In this document: positions 12,428 through 25,282 of the stretch, one piece after another | Layout of the letters: each line of letters starts with the position of its first letter | Numbering within the stretch: position 1 is the stretch's first letter | Source of the DNA: Mobula hypostoma | Taxonomy: Eukaryota | Assembly: GCF_963921235.1 (NCBI RefSeq) | Contig: NC_086118.1 | Span: 28,460,001 to 28,524,000 of the forward strand | Reading direction: 5' to 3' | Length of the DNA stretch: 64,000 bases | Made by a program: the position numbers and the translations under genes | Notes under the pieces: model-generated | Seen by the model: the letters and a program-made list of their open reading frames with translations, nothing else | What the model was told of the DNA's origin: nothing | The model's database searches: none

Positions 12428-15400
12428 GAAGGCTGTTTTCTAAAATGACCAGCACTAGGGCCAGCACAGAGTATTTTATTGTGGCACAGATCGCCTTTAT
12501 TATGTGGTGTCAGTGATGGAGGTCGTGGTAGAAAGTTTAGCAGACAACTCGGGTATCATTGTTGCATAAGGACATTAGAAATTCTAGCTCCTGGGGTTCT
12601 TTTCAATCTGAGATGGGACTTTTACTGGAACCAGGAAGGCATGTCGCCCTGATCAGCAGGTGGTAAAATGGGATCTTAGTCTCACTAGAGCTCAATGAAA
12701 TCACCTCAAAGGCTAAATTGAGCTGCACTCCCAACCTCTCACCTAGTTAACAGGTAATGGTTGGGATGGAGTTCTACAGATGACTGGATTAACAAGAGAT
12801 TTGAAGATTTCATTCCAGTTCCAAAGAAGTGCTCCCGAATCACAAGGAAATCCAGCCTGTTTTTCCTCTCTTTTAAAGATGTGGCCAGCAAAGACATTTC
12901 TACACACATGCAACTCCTACAATTTTCCTACATTTATTAATTTTGATTGCTATTCAAAGTGTCCACTAAGAATGATATGGACATCAGAATTGCTTTGGAC
13001 ACTAATTAGTACTCAATATCGAATTCCATGAATGTCAGCTGAAGCATTAACTTCTACTTCTTTGAAATAGGAATTCATTTGCAAGGATTTCATGTTTCAT
13101 CTTTACAAAACCTTGGCTGGAGCAGCATCTAGAGTATTGCATTTTGCTTTAGTTGCCACATGGCAGATAAAACAAATATTGGCCTTGGAATGGTAATAGC
13201 ACGTGGATCATTCAGAATGATTAATGGTGGAAACATCAAAACATGTTGCTTAAATATGACTTTCATGAGAGTTCAGCAGACTGAACAGTAATCTAATCAT
13301 GATGTATTAAAATGGTGGAAGAATACAGTATTCAGTGCAGGTTTCTCCTGTAGTAGAAAAATGAAAAAGAAGATATATATGTTTTATACATATACACAAA
13401 CAGAGAGTTATTTATGATTGGAAACTGGGAGCACTTCTTTGCCAGAAGTGATGGTGAGTATCTCCAAACTTCCTTCTGGGTCAGATGAAACTTTCTAGAT
13501 TGAGATTGATGTTTTGCTTTATTATTAGATAAGTGTATTGGATTGAAGATGAGTAAGTGGAGTTGAAACAGACATCAGCTGCCATCTCATCCAAGAACTA
13601 ATTTCATTCTTCTCTGTTTATCTCCTTCCATTGACATCAGCAGATAAGCATTTCGGTTTTCCTTTAAATATTAGGAGAATCGTTTTATCTGAAGCTGGAG
13701 CAAACACTTAAATATATTGTTATTTGTCTGTTATGCATTTATTCCTAATAAAAGAAAATATCAATGCCAGAATACTGGATTGGTAATTGCAAAATTGAAG
13801 CTGATATTTCCATGTACCATTCATATTCCAGTACTTAGTGTTTTCCTGGTACTTGTGCATACCTAATCATGTCTCTCTTTGAGAAAGTGAAGCTCAAAGG
13901 TATAGTCCATGAAATTAATTGAACAATCTCATAAAGTTTCAGTTTCATTTATTTATCATGTGTACATTGAAATATATAGTGAACTGTGTCATTTGCGTTA
14001 ACAACCAACACAACCCAAGGATGTGTTGGGGCAGCCCACAAATGCTGGCACAGATCTGGTGCCGGAGAATTTTGTGGTTAATATCCCAATGAGACATGAC
14101 TTAAAGGGTTTATTTTCTGAGACATGACTTAAAGTTTTTGATCAAAACTTTGCTAGTTTCTCAGCAGTCATTTCCCAACCATTTTTCTTGCTTCATTGTT
14201 TTTCTGCATTTGCCTTGTTTTACGCAATTCAATGAATTCTGGTGTAATCGCTGCCTGACTAGTCATCCAACACTTCGCAGTGATGTGAGGCCATTCATGG
14301 CTTGGCACATAGATAAAATATATATGCTTATAGTGTGACTATAACTCTGGTGAACAGTGGATGGTTGTGTCCCAGTTCCCCAGCACTTTCCGGACCTCCA
14401 TGACAGCCATTATCCAGCTACTTTGCAGTGGCCAAATCTTCCTTTGCACACCATCTGCCAATGACAATGACAATTCCACCACCCAGGCCATGCCCTCTTC
14501 TCATTGCTCCCATCAGAGGGGAGGTACAGGGGCCTGAAGATACCCATTCAGTGTTTTAGGAAAAGCCTCTTCCCTCTTCCATCAGATTTCTGAACAGACA
14601 ATGACCACCTCACTATTTTAGCTCTCTTTTTGCACTACTTAATTAATTATACTTTCTCATTTTGAAATAACCATCATTTCCTTTGCCTAATTCTATGCTA
14701 CCCTCCATACCGGTAGTCCTCTAAGAAACCTAAGTTCTACGTCTCATTGTGTTTGTGTTTTTCTCTTTAAATATATCTTGTTAACCAGAACTTTTTTTTT
14801 GGTAAACTACATTAAAAGTACAACTCGCAGTTCTCCAATTGCCCATTAAGTAAATGTTTTAGCCAGTGTGACAACAATTCTGAAAAGGAGGATTCCTCAT
14901 CTCATGGAGTATACTCAACTTCATCATATCACAGGAGGACAGATTAGACTCTGAAGTGCCCCTCAAGTGTTACACTTCATTTTCCTTCTTTTTAGAATAA
15001 TCAGCCTTTCATTATTTCTTCAGCTACTGTGGAATAATATTCATCAGCAGGTAAAATGGAGGAAAAATTACTTAGATCCTACTTTGAATATTTTCCTGAT
15101 GTTCTAAGGTTCTGGTAATGGATTGTTCTACTATAACTCCTGGAGAGGTTCGCAGATGGAGATAGGCCTCTTGAAAGAAGACCTCTTCTGTAGAAAAAGG
15201 AAGCAAACACAAGAAAACTGTAGGCAACTTCTTGGAATACTCTGTTGTATTGCAAATAAGATTTCTGTGTCAAAACAGGATTAATCAGATTTATATTATA
15301 GATTGTAGGGTCACTGTTCCTGGTGAGAACAAATTTGCTCCAATTAAATTTCATGGCTTTGCTAAATTGAAATTTTGACTGTCCTTTATTTCAGTCAACA

Positions 15401-17056
15401 CATGCTGCATTAGCTGAGACCAAATGGATGGCGCTCAGTGTTTCGTAAAAAGTTGCTTGTGGAGAATTTCAAACAGAAATTGTGAAAGTTAGGACCAGAC
15501 AAATTCCAGATGAGTGGCTTAAATTTGGTTTGGTAGCTTTATAAGGCAAAGGATTATGATGTAATTTTGCATCTATATAATCAAAGACAGGTACTCCAGA
15601 CGGTGTGGAATTTTAAGTTGAAAATAAGAGGCAATATGCTACTCATTAATAACGATTCCCAAATTATCTGAAAGCAAGTACCACCAGGCTCAAGGACAGC
15701 TTCTACCCAGCTGTTATAAGACTATTGAATAGTTCCCTATATAGTTATTATAGTACAATAAGATGGACTCTTGATTTCATGGTGTATCTCATTATGATCA
15801 TGCATCTTAATTGTTTACCTGAACTGCACTTTCTCCATTACTGTACACTTTATTCTGCGATCTGTTGTTATTTTTCCCTTGTTCTATCTAAATACACAGT
15901 GTAATGATTTGATCTGTAGGAACAATGCAATACAAGTTTTTTTTACTGTATCGCAGTACATATGATAATACTAAACCAATTCCAATTTCAAAATAATTGT
16001 TCTTGGAAAAAAATCTGCTTTAGATCTATAAGATATAGGAGCTGAAATAGGATATTTGGTCCATCCATTCTGCATAATAATTCAATCATGGCGATTTTTG
16101 ATTCAAACCTGCTTGCCCACCCTCTCTTTCTATGAATCATTCTTTGTCTTAAATGAGCCCATTGATTTGGCCACCACACAACACTGCCCTTTGGCTGAAG
16201 AAATTCCTCCTCATTTCAGTTTTAATAAGATAACCCTTTATTAGGAGGCTGTGTCCTTGGGTCCTAGGCTCTCCTACAAATGGAAAAAAAATGTCTCCAC
16301 ATCTACCCTATCCAGGTCTTTTAGAATCTAAGAAGTTTCAATGGGACTCCCTCCACCCCCCACCCCATCCTTCTGAGCCCCAACCTTTGAATACTGGTTT
16401 AGGGACATCAGGTGTTCCTCATGTTATGTTTTGCCTGGGATCATCCTTATGAACCTCCTCTGGATCCTTTGCTAGGCCAGCACATCCTTCCTTGGCTCTT
16501 TTAGCATCCCTTGGTCTTGAGGGATGGTAGGTAGCACATGAGAAAAGTCAACTCGTGGTGGTGCACTTCTGAGAGTGGCTGAGGAGTCCCACATTGAAGT
16601 TACAGTCTCTTCCACACTGGCTGCATGCGAAGGAAGACGACTATCTGGTTGGAGCGGCCCAAAATAGCTACAGGGCCCAAAATAGGAACATTTCTGAAAA
16701 CTGAGACTGGAACACTTGATATTCATTAGAGTTCTGTTCCATCTCTTCAAAAATATCCTTGTAACTTGCCTCGTGTTGCATTGATTACATTTCTGAGTAA
16801 CAAAAAATTCTTTTTGCCCCATCTATTTGGAACAATGACCAGGTAAACTTCCATGCATGGAAAAATATTCAGCTGAGGAGAGAAGAAATTTTGTTCCAAA
16901 CCAACAGCCCGGCTCTGAAATAAGGGTTATAGAAATGATATATTTATAGAGTAATATAGCAAAGAAGCAGGCCATTCAGCTTGACTCATTTATGCTAACC
17001 AAGAAATTTTCCTGATCTAGTCCCATTTCTCTCCTTTGGCCCAAATCCCCCTAAAT

Positions 17057-17130
17057 CAGTGCTTCCCAACCTTTTTTATGCCATGGACCAATACCATTAA
17101 GCAAGGGGGTCCACAGGTTGGGAATGCTTG
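17057..17130. mobile_element. Tiny hAT-type MITE
   Basis: CAGTGCTTCCCAACC...GGTTGGGAATGCTTG inverted termini; degenerate 8-bp flanks; related to 33859-33940. Confidence 0.5.
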
Positions 17131-17325
17131 CACTAAGCTTTTCCTAACATTTACCTGTCTAAATGTAATATAGAATCTGATAGAAAGATGCTCTGATTGA
17201 AAATTAAAGTTTTGACAATGTTTTAAGCTTTGTGTAGAAGTCGATAGAAATTACATTGCTCAAAGGTTTCGATTCTTCATCTCCTCTGCAACATAAAGGT
17301 AGTTGTTTATGGACTGTTGAATATA

Positions 17326-18395
17326 TGTCTCATACGTGGGGTGTTGGGAGTGGAACCAAATGCAAGATACAGACACTGAAGTACAAGAAACAGGACTAGG
17401 ATTATCGAGATAGCAAGGTGAGTCAGGAAGAAATGACACTGGACATTGACACAGGCCCTGGACGAGACTAGGATTCAGGGCCTGGGCTAGGACTTGGTCT
17501 AGGAAAGTGGGACCAGGACAAGGAACTTGGAACTAGGAGCCTGGGCTAGGACTCAGAGCCAGAGACTGGACAGGGACCCGGAACCTGGGTCTTGACTCGG
17601 GCTCGGACTCCAGATCTAGGTGAGGACTGGACGTGGCTAGGCTACAGGACTGGATGTGGAATTCCTGCACTGGACGAGAACACAAAACCATGACTTGGAC
17701 AGGACGAGGTTCTTGGACAGGATGAGGTATTACAGGGCATGACGAGGCTCTTGGCTTGGTTAGGCTCTTGGGTACGGAGCCAGGACTCCGCCTCGGGATG
17801 CAGTGCCGGGGCCCTTTCTAGGAGGCAGGGCCGGGTTGACAGCCAAGGACACTTGCAGAGGGAACTGCCAAAGTAAACTGCCGAGGGACTCCTGGACTGG
17901 ACGAGAACACGAAGACTTGACTTGGACAGGACTGGAATACGGCGCCTGGAACTTGGAACACAGAACACAGAGCCAGGCGCCCCTCTTGGGACCAGGACTT
18001 AGAGCCGGGGCTTTACGCAGAGTCAGGTTCCCTCCTTGGGAACAGGACCTAGGGCTGGGACTCTTCTTTGACACGGACACTAAACACGGGGACACAAAGA
18101 GACAGTTCCAAGCTCAACGATACATAGTTCCTTATCTTGGTGTGGCAAGGCTCCAGTCTCACTCCAGTGGTTGAACTAGACAAGGATGCAGGTGAGGCTT
18201 CAGAAGGGAGGGGAAGGGAACAGTCCAGCAGTGAATCTTTGGTTTGAGAGGTATTTATACGCCAGCCCAAAACGAGAATCAGGTGCCTCAATTAAGGCAC
18301 CCAATGGGACAAGGGAAAACAGGAAAACCAGGAATAAGGAATCGACGGACCGGATCGTGAGTTGGAATGCGGACTTTACAGACCGGAGCATGACA
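17326..18395. mobile_element. GC-rich, internally repetitive element, possible solo LTR
   Basis: TGTCTCAT...ATGACA termini; many GGACT/CTGGAC sub-repeats; abrupt compositional shift; no convincing TSD. Confidence 0.4.
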
Positions 18396-19043
18396 AGATG
18401 TGGCTCAAACCATAGCACCCTCCTGTTGATTCCTTCTAAACCATCGGTCATGTAAGCAACTAAAATGGTGAGGAAGTATTCTACATACAGAAATGCTTTA
18501 ATGAATTGGTAAATATTAAAATACTGCAGGAGAACTTCAGACAAAAAAATCAAGTGAATAATGCAAAAGGACAACTGATACATATATGTAATGTGAATGT
18601 GTGCATATAATATATACTACATACAATCTGCAAAGAAAACAGATTACATATAATGGAACTTTAGCTCAAATATACTGCACATTTTCACCTTTGGAAACTA
18701 GTGTAAACAATATTTTTGCTGCAAAGCTAAAATTGAGCATGAGTAGTGCCTAGTCTGAGTTACTTTGTTTTCCACACCTCTTGCCAAATGTCTTTGCCTG
18801 TTCTGATTATAAGGGTTTCTTTTATTCTTGATGAGGCATGTCGTTATTGTTTTGGATAGTTTTACAAATTATTTAAATGTAACAGATTAGAATAATTGAT
18901 ATTCCCCATGAGAAGAATATTTCTGTTGAAGCTGATTCACAATGTATATGCTGAAAGAAATGGGCCAAGTTCAATCGTATTATAGTGATTCAAACTAAAT
19001 TTTATAAATGACGTATCAGCAATGTATATTGAAAATATTATTA

Positions 19044-20162
19044 GCTAAAGTTCCACACGATAGGCTTATTCAGAAAGTCAGAAGGCATGGGATCCAGGGA
19101 AGTTTGGCCAGGTGGATTCAGAATTGGCTTGCCTGCAGAAGGCAGAGGGTGGTGGTGGAGGGAGTACATTCAGGTTGGAGGGTTGTGACTAGTGGTGTCT
19201 CACAAGGATCGGTTCTGGGACCTCTACTTTTTGTGATTTTTATTAACGACCTGGATGTGGGGGTAGAAAGGTGGGTTGGCAAGTTTGCAGATGACACAAA
19301 GTTTAGTGGTATTGTAGATAGTGTAGAGGATTGTCAAAGATTGCAGAGAGACATTGATAGGTTGCAGAAGTGGGCTGAGAAGTGGCAGATGGAGTTCAAC
19401 CTGGAGAAGTGTGAGGTGGTACACTTTGGAAGGACAAACTCCAAGGCAGAGTACAAAGTAAATGGCAGGATACTTGGTAGTGTGGAGGAGCAGAGGGATC
19501 TGTGGGCCCTGTTCACAGATCCCTGAAAGTTGCCTCAAAGGTTGTTAGGGTAGTTAAGAAAGCTTATGGGGTGTTAGCTTTCATAAGTCGAGGGTAGAGT
19601 TTAAGAGTCGTGAGGTAATGATGCAGCTCTGTAAAACTCTGGTTAGGCCACACTTGGAGTACTGTGTCCAGTTCTGGTCACCTCACTACAGGAAGGATAT
19701 GGAAGCATTGGAAAGGATACTGTGAAGATTTACCAGGATGCTCAGGGATTATGATCAGAACTTAAGGGAGCTAGGGCTTTACTCTTTGGAGAGAAGGAGG
19801 ATGAGAGGAGACATGATAGAGGTATACAAGATATTAAAAGGAATAGATAGAGTGGATAGCTAGCGCCTCTTCCCCAGGGCACCACTGCTCAATACAAGAG
19901 GACATGGCTTTAAGGTAAGGGGTGGGAAGTTCAAGGGGGATATTAGAGGAAGATTTTTTACTCAGTGGTTGGTGCATGGAATGCACTGCCTGAGCCAGTG
20001 GTGGAGGCAGATACACTAGTGAAATTTAAGAGACTACTAGACAGGTATATGGATGAATTTAATGTGGGGGGGGGGTTATATGGGAGGCAGGGTTTGACGG
20101 TCGGCACAACATTGTGGGCCGAAGGGCCTGTACTGTACTGTGCTGTACTATTCTATGTTCTA
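19044..20162 (+). mobile_element. 5'-truncated CR1 LINE (RT C-terminus and 3' UTR)
   Basis: KVPHDRL...SGVSQGSVLGP...KFADDTK in ORF 19008-19526; LEYCVQFWSP further on; (ttcta)-type tail. Confidence 0.9.
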
Positions 20163-20739
20163 GGTACTTTCTTTAATGGGATCAATCTATGATGTATGCT
20201 CATCAGCCTTTTGTATTGGTACATAGATGCAACAGGAAAAAGGCCTCAAATTCATTTCAATGAGGCAACCGTTTTTCTGTGCATTACATACAAAAATTTA
20301 ACAGATTAATGATCTTGTTCTTCCCTTCTAAAGCAGTGATTGTTAGATTATACTCTTCTCAGTAACACTGAAGAAATGGATGTGTACTTATTTATCAGGG
20401 TTATGATCTGAGATCAAAAAGGTGTGAGTGATGTGGGTACAGATTTATCTCTGGAGACTGTAACCTTCAAAAATATTGTTCATTTGCCATAATAAGTTAT
20501 ACTATCAATTAATAAATATTTGCAGCTACCTGGTATTTTCAGCTAGAAATTACAGTTTTGATACCAATTCAGTATCGTTTTTCCAGCTGCTACTTTTTTA
20601 ATGCAGCTCATGGAAGGCCTGAAAGCTTTTTTAAGCATTTCTACTAAACATCAGTGTTCTTCTGCGACTATGCTGTGCTGCCCCCAAGCTGTTACCTCCC
20701 AGATCGGTGATGCACTCGAATTCACAGAGGAGCAGGCTG

Positions 20740-21038
20740 CATTTTTGATGGGCGTCTCGCCCAACCAATCAGGTGCCTGACTGGTCTTTGCATGCGTCAG
20801 GGAGGAGGGCGGGCCTTATTCATTCATCCTGCATGCCTTTGCCTTTGGTTGGCTCGGCGTACTTCACTGCAGCCAGCCTCCTTTAAGTCCCAAAAGTTGT
20901 TTCAGTGAGTACTGAAGACAAAACATCATCACAGCTCCCTCCCCCCCCCAGAAAACTTGGTGGAATTGTATTGTTTTTGGGGGGGATATTTGTGTCTGGA
21001 GTGAGACTAATTCAGGGACGGACAGTATTTTTAGGAAG
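20740..21038 (+). promoter_or_regulatory. SEPTIN9: Putative alternative promoter and 5' UTR of the SEPT9 isoform-2-type first exon
   Basis: CCAAT box (20765-20769) and GC box GGGCGG (20807-20812), with local CpG enrichment about 230-300 bp upstream of the coding first exon. Confidence 0.5.
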
Positions 21039-21093
21039 ATGTCTGACATATCAGTAAATGACCAGTTGGAGGGGATTATATCAGATTTTGAAG
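21039..21093 (+). CDS. SEPTIN9: Septin 9 alternative first coding exon (isoform-2-type N-terminus)
   Basis: Encodes MSDISVNDQLEGIISDFE plus a G, then a GT donor at 21094. Matches human SEPT9_i2 MSDPAVNAQLDGIISDFE. The phase-1 end joins the 47634 exon to give ...SDFE-A-LKRSFEVEEVE. Confidence 0.9.
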
Positions 21094-23019
21094 GTTTGTG
21101 ACTCTATTCTAACTGATAACTCGCGTTAATATGTAATTTATGCTGTGGAAGTTTGGAAAATAAAAATATTCTGTGTTCATTTTAACTCTTCTAAAGGTTG
21201 CTGTTGATAGTGATGATATATGTGCAGATTTTGTTTCGTTCTAAATTCACCAGAATAATATTTAGATCTGAATTTAAACAGACTAGATCAAATTTATGTA
21301 CTCGCGTGTGCGTGTGTGTAAGTTTAAGTATAATGGTTAAAAGCAGATCAATTTAAACCGAGAGCTCGAATCTGTTTAGAAACTGCAGCCTTAGATTTCT
21401 GTGCAATGCATCAGAGGGAGTCGGTGTGTTATTTAATCCTTCACAGCAGCATTCTTGGTTGTCATTCCTTAGTATTCTGCTCTTGCTCTGACTTTGCTCT
21501 GCACCCCCTCCCCATCCCCTGCAGGATACTACTCTACAACAACTGATAATTGTTGCTTCCTTTCTTTCTAATATTGTAAGGAAACTTCTTGTAAAGAGCA
21601 GGAAATGGGAATGTTATCTGTTTCTGTGCGCGCTGTATTTCTCTCAGGACATAATAGGGAATCCCTCCAGTGCATTTAGGGAACAGTTCAAAGTTTGCTT
21701 AAGCAAGGGACTTTTAACCAAACATGGGCTTTGTTGAAATTCGCAAATCATTGTTATCACGCAATACAGAGTAAATGGTTCAGCTGAAAACATAGATGGG
21801 GGTGGGGGAGATGGGGAAACTACTACTTGCTTGATTGCAATATTAGAGCTATTGTGGACAAATTATAAAGGTAGATCTAAAAAAATAAGGACTGAAAGGT
21901 CAATGATGACGTACTGTGTGTACAAGCAGACTTGCTGATCTGTGAAAAGCAGGAAATTGAATGGCCAGGCATACAAGTTGTCACTGAGTGGATCCCTGCC
22001 TGTTTTTTTTACCTAATTGAATATAAGTTAATTTACTTCATTTATTGATGACCCTAGCACCAAGGAAACATAATTTAATTGCTCTTTGTGTTCTAGTATA
22101 CCAAATGAGTCAATATTGAAACTGTTGGCACTTGCCACTTAATAACATGAGTCTGCTCGATAAAAATTTAAATATTAGAACTAGAAGTATCTTGTTTCCA
22201 GTGCATATAGAATTATCTTCTTTAAAGTGCATTTAAATACTTAATTATAACAACATCAATAATCCTGAAACTGTTGACTGGTTACACCTACAGTGAAGAT
22301 TTCTACAAGCCCAAGGAACTGTTGTTAAGTTCGTCATAAATACAATTTGCTGCTAGAATGCAGCTGTTAATTTTTTTTAAAAATTCCTCACTATGTCTGT
22401 TTGGAACGGAGGTTGTTTCTGACAAATGAAGGCTGGCTCATTTTAAAATGACATCTGAAATCATATTCAGATTTCTACAGGCTGCAGTTTAAGGCTGGAC
22501 AAATTCTCAGAGAAATTTGGCTGAAATTAAACTTGCAGTGATCTCAGCTTAGGCAAGGACAACTTGAAAAATTAGAAATTGTGTAATTATATTGGCCTTT
22601 CAGTTCTCAGGATTCCCACAAGTATTACAGAGCAATGAATTAGCATTTCAAGTGTCATATTAACACAGAAAGCACAGGGGCTCCTTTGGGTGTGACACAT
22701 TCAGCTGAATGAAATAAAACTTACTGGGTCTTATGAAAGTTAAGGGAAGTATTCTGGGCAACTACTAGGAGTATGTCTACAGCTCCTTTCCCAAATTTAC
22801 TTCTGATTAAATTAGAAAGAGGCGGCACACTTTGGTTCTTTAATTGCAGGAACTCTGATATTGCAGTATTAATTCTCTATTAGACCACTTATCAACCTCA
22901 ACAACACATTTAAAGCTTGGATTTGATGTGAGTCTGTAAATGTTCTGATTCCAAAAAGAGTTCCATTAATTCAGTCGATTAGGTATGAAATAATGGACAT
23001 TTCCCAAGGCCGCCCAAAG

Positions 23020-23552
23020 GACCCGAGGAGACTTTGGAATATGCAGGCCTCTCCTTCACATGCTCTACCAGTCTGTTGTCACCAGTACAATCTTCTATGT
23101 GGTGGTGTGCTGGGGCAATGGCATCAACATGGGTGATGTGAACAGGCTCAGTGAATTGATTAGAAAGGCCAGCTATGTTATAGGAACAAACTGGATGCAC
23201 TGGAGGCTGTGGTAGAACAAAGGCCCCTACGGAAAATCCTGGCAATTCTGAACAATGTTTCTCACCCTCTGCATGCCACCTTGGCTGAACGGAGGAGCAC
23301 TTTTAGTAATAGACTAAGACAACTGTACTGCTCCAAAGAGCGCTATATGAGGTCATTCTTACCCTTTGCCATTAGTCTCTATAATGAGTCAACCTATAAC
23401 CGGGGAAATGATGACCCTCCCTCCTCCTGTTTGAGGTAACTTATTTTCTAATTCTTTCTTACTTTTCATCTAATATTTGTATATCTGTGCACTTGTAATG
23501 CTACTGAGACACTGTAATTTCCTTTGGGATCAATAAAGTATCTATCTATCTA
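23020..23552 (+). mobile_element. LINE 3' fragment (Rex/Babar or L2-like)
   Basis: HPLHATL...RLRQLYCSKERYMRSFLPFAISLYN C-terminal motif; AATAAAG(TATC)n tail. Confidence 0.75.
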
Positions 23553-24140
23553 TTCTACTGTACCCAGAGAGTCAGACAAAATTTTAAAGGTGTGTTTTTG
23601 TTAGTGATCAAGATGATTGTGCATATTATGAGAATGGACTCTGATTAGAGCTGGTGCAATTTTTCATTTGAGCTAATTGTTTGTACAGTCAGTCATGAAT
23701 GAGGTTGATGCATGCTGACATAACATATGAAATTGGGAATAGGATGCACAGCAGATCATTCAAGGGCTGCCTGTGAGTAAAGCACAGTCTACTACAGAGA
23801 AATGGGGCAGATGTTATGACAGACATCATTCCCTTTTTTATTGTTCTTCAGTTGAGTGAAGGAAGTTCCCTTCCCATTCTGGCCGTTGAGCTATAACACC
23901 AGCATAGATGCTTATTGGAAACATTCCAGCTTTTCCCTATAGTTAAAACACATCACTTTGTGTTACTTGCCAGGGCCTCTGAAGGTCTTTGACTTGGTAA
24001 CAGTGAATGCTTCTAAGGTCGGTTGGTTGAATTTAAAAACGCAAACATGAGGAAATCTGCAGACGCTGGAATTTCAAGCAAAACACATAAAAGTTGCTGG
24101 TGAACGCAGCAGGCCAGGCAACATCTCAAGGAAGAGGTGC

Positions 24141-24176
24141 AGTCGACGTTTCAGGCCGAGACCCTTCGTCAGGACT
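24141..24176 (-). ncRNA. Minimal type-I hammerhead ribozyme motif (Penelope pLTR)
   Basis: Minus strand AGUC-CUGACGA-AGG(GUCUCGG)CCU-GAAAC-GUC-GACU; core intact. Confidence 0.65.
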
Positions 24177-24940
24177 AACTGAAAGAAGAGCTAGTAAGAG
24201 ATCTGAAAGTGGGAGAGGGAGGGGGAGATCCGAAATGATAGGAGAAGACAGGAGGGGGAAGGATGGAGCCAAGAGCTGGACAGTTGATTGGCAAAAGGGA
24301 TATGAGAGGATCATGGGACAGGAGGCCTAGGGAGAAAGAAAAGGGTGGGGGGGAGAAAAGCCAGAGGATGGGCAAGGGGTATAGTGAGGGGGACAGAGGG
24401 AGAAAAAGGAGAGAGAGAAAAAGAATGTGTGTACATAAATAAATAACGGATGGGGTACCAGGGAGAGGTGGGGCATTAGTGGAAGTTTGAGAAGTCAATG
24501 TTCATGCCATCAGGTTGGAGGCTACGGCCTCCCCTACTGTAAAGATGAAGCCACACTCAGGTTGGAAGAACAACACTTTATATTCCGTCTGGGTAGCCTC
24601 CAACCTGATGGCATGAACATTGACTTCTCAAACTTCCGCTAATGCCCCACCTCCCCCTTGTACCCCATCCGTTATTTATTTATATACACACATTCTTTCT
24701 CTCTCTCTCCTTTTTCTCCCCCTGTCCCTCTGACTCTACCGCTTGCCCATCCTCTGGGTTCCCCCCCCTCCCCCTTTTCTTTCTCCCTAGGCCTCCTGTC
24801 CCTTGATTCTCTCATATCCCTTTTGCCTATCAACTGTCCAGTTCTTGGCTCCATCCCTCCCTTTCCTGTCTTCTCCTATCATTTCGGATCTCCCCCTCCC
24901 CCTCCCACTTTCAAATCTCTTACTAGCTCTTCTTTCAGTT

Positions 24941-24976
24941 AGTCCTGACGAAAGGTCTCGGCCTGAAACATCGACT
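24941..24976 (+). ncRNA. Degenerate minimal hammerhead ribozyme motif
   Basis: AGUC-CUGACGA-AAG(GUCUCGG)CCU-GAAAC-AUC-GACU; substitutions in stems II and III. Confidence 0.45.
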
Positions 24977-25051
24977 GTACCTCCTCCTAGAGATGCTGCC
25001 TGGCCTGCTGTGTTCACCAGCAACTTTTATGTACGGCGGTTGGTTGAATGT

Positions 25052-25282
25052 GGGCAGCACCATAGCGTAGTGGTTAGCACAATGCTTTACAGTATCAGCG
25101 ATCTGGGTTCAATTCCAGCCACTGTCTGTAAAGAGTTTGTACATTCTCCCCATGACCACACAGGTTTCCTCCCAGAATCAATTGGTCATTGTAATTTGAA
25201 TACATGAATAGGCTAGGGTTCAATCAGGGGTTGCTGGGTGGAGTGGCTTGAAGGGCTGTAAATGCCAATTCAGTGCTATAGC
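25052..25282 (+). mobile_element. tRNA-derived SINE
   Basis: A-box-like TAGCGTAGTGG and B-box GGTTCAATTCC; (AAAT)n tail. Related degraded copies lie near 32500-32690 and 51150-51560 on the minus strand. Confidence 0.65.

Larger units (their letters stand above)
24033..25036. mobile_element. Fold-back Penelope-like element (inverted pLTRs with GIY-YIG C-terminal remnant)
   Basis: Inverted arms ~24085-24525 and ~24593-25032; 24526-24642 (+) encodes GLPYCKDEATLRLEEQHFIFRLGSLQPDGMNIDFSNFR*; 13-bp flanking duplication cggttggttgaat (24020-24032 and 25037-25049). Confidence 0.85.

Noticed and set aside
17400..18100. CRISPR-like array or coding repeat
   Set aside because: The repeats are short, irregular and without unique fixed-length spacers; the context is eukaryotic; the ORFs are low-complexity.
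25052..25125. tRNA gene
   Set aside because: A and B boxes are present, but there is no complete cloverleaf and the sequence continues into a SINE body and tail.
24094..25207. Mirror-image ORFs (MLVNAAGQA..., MILSYPFC...) here and at 36005-36364
   Set aside because: They are by-products of the inverted Penelope terminal repeats, not genes.
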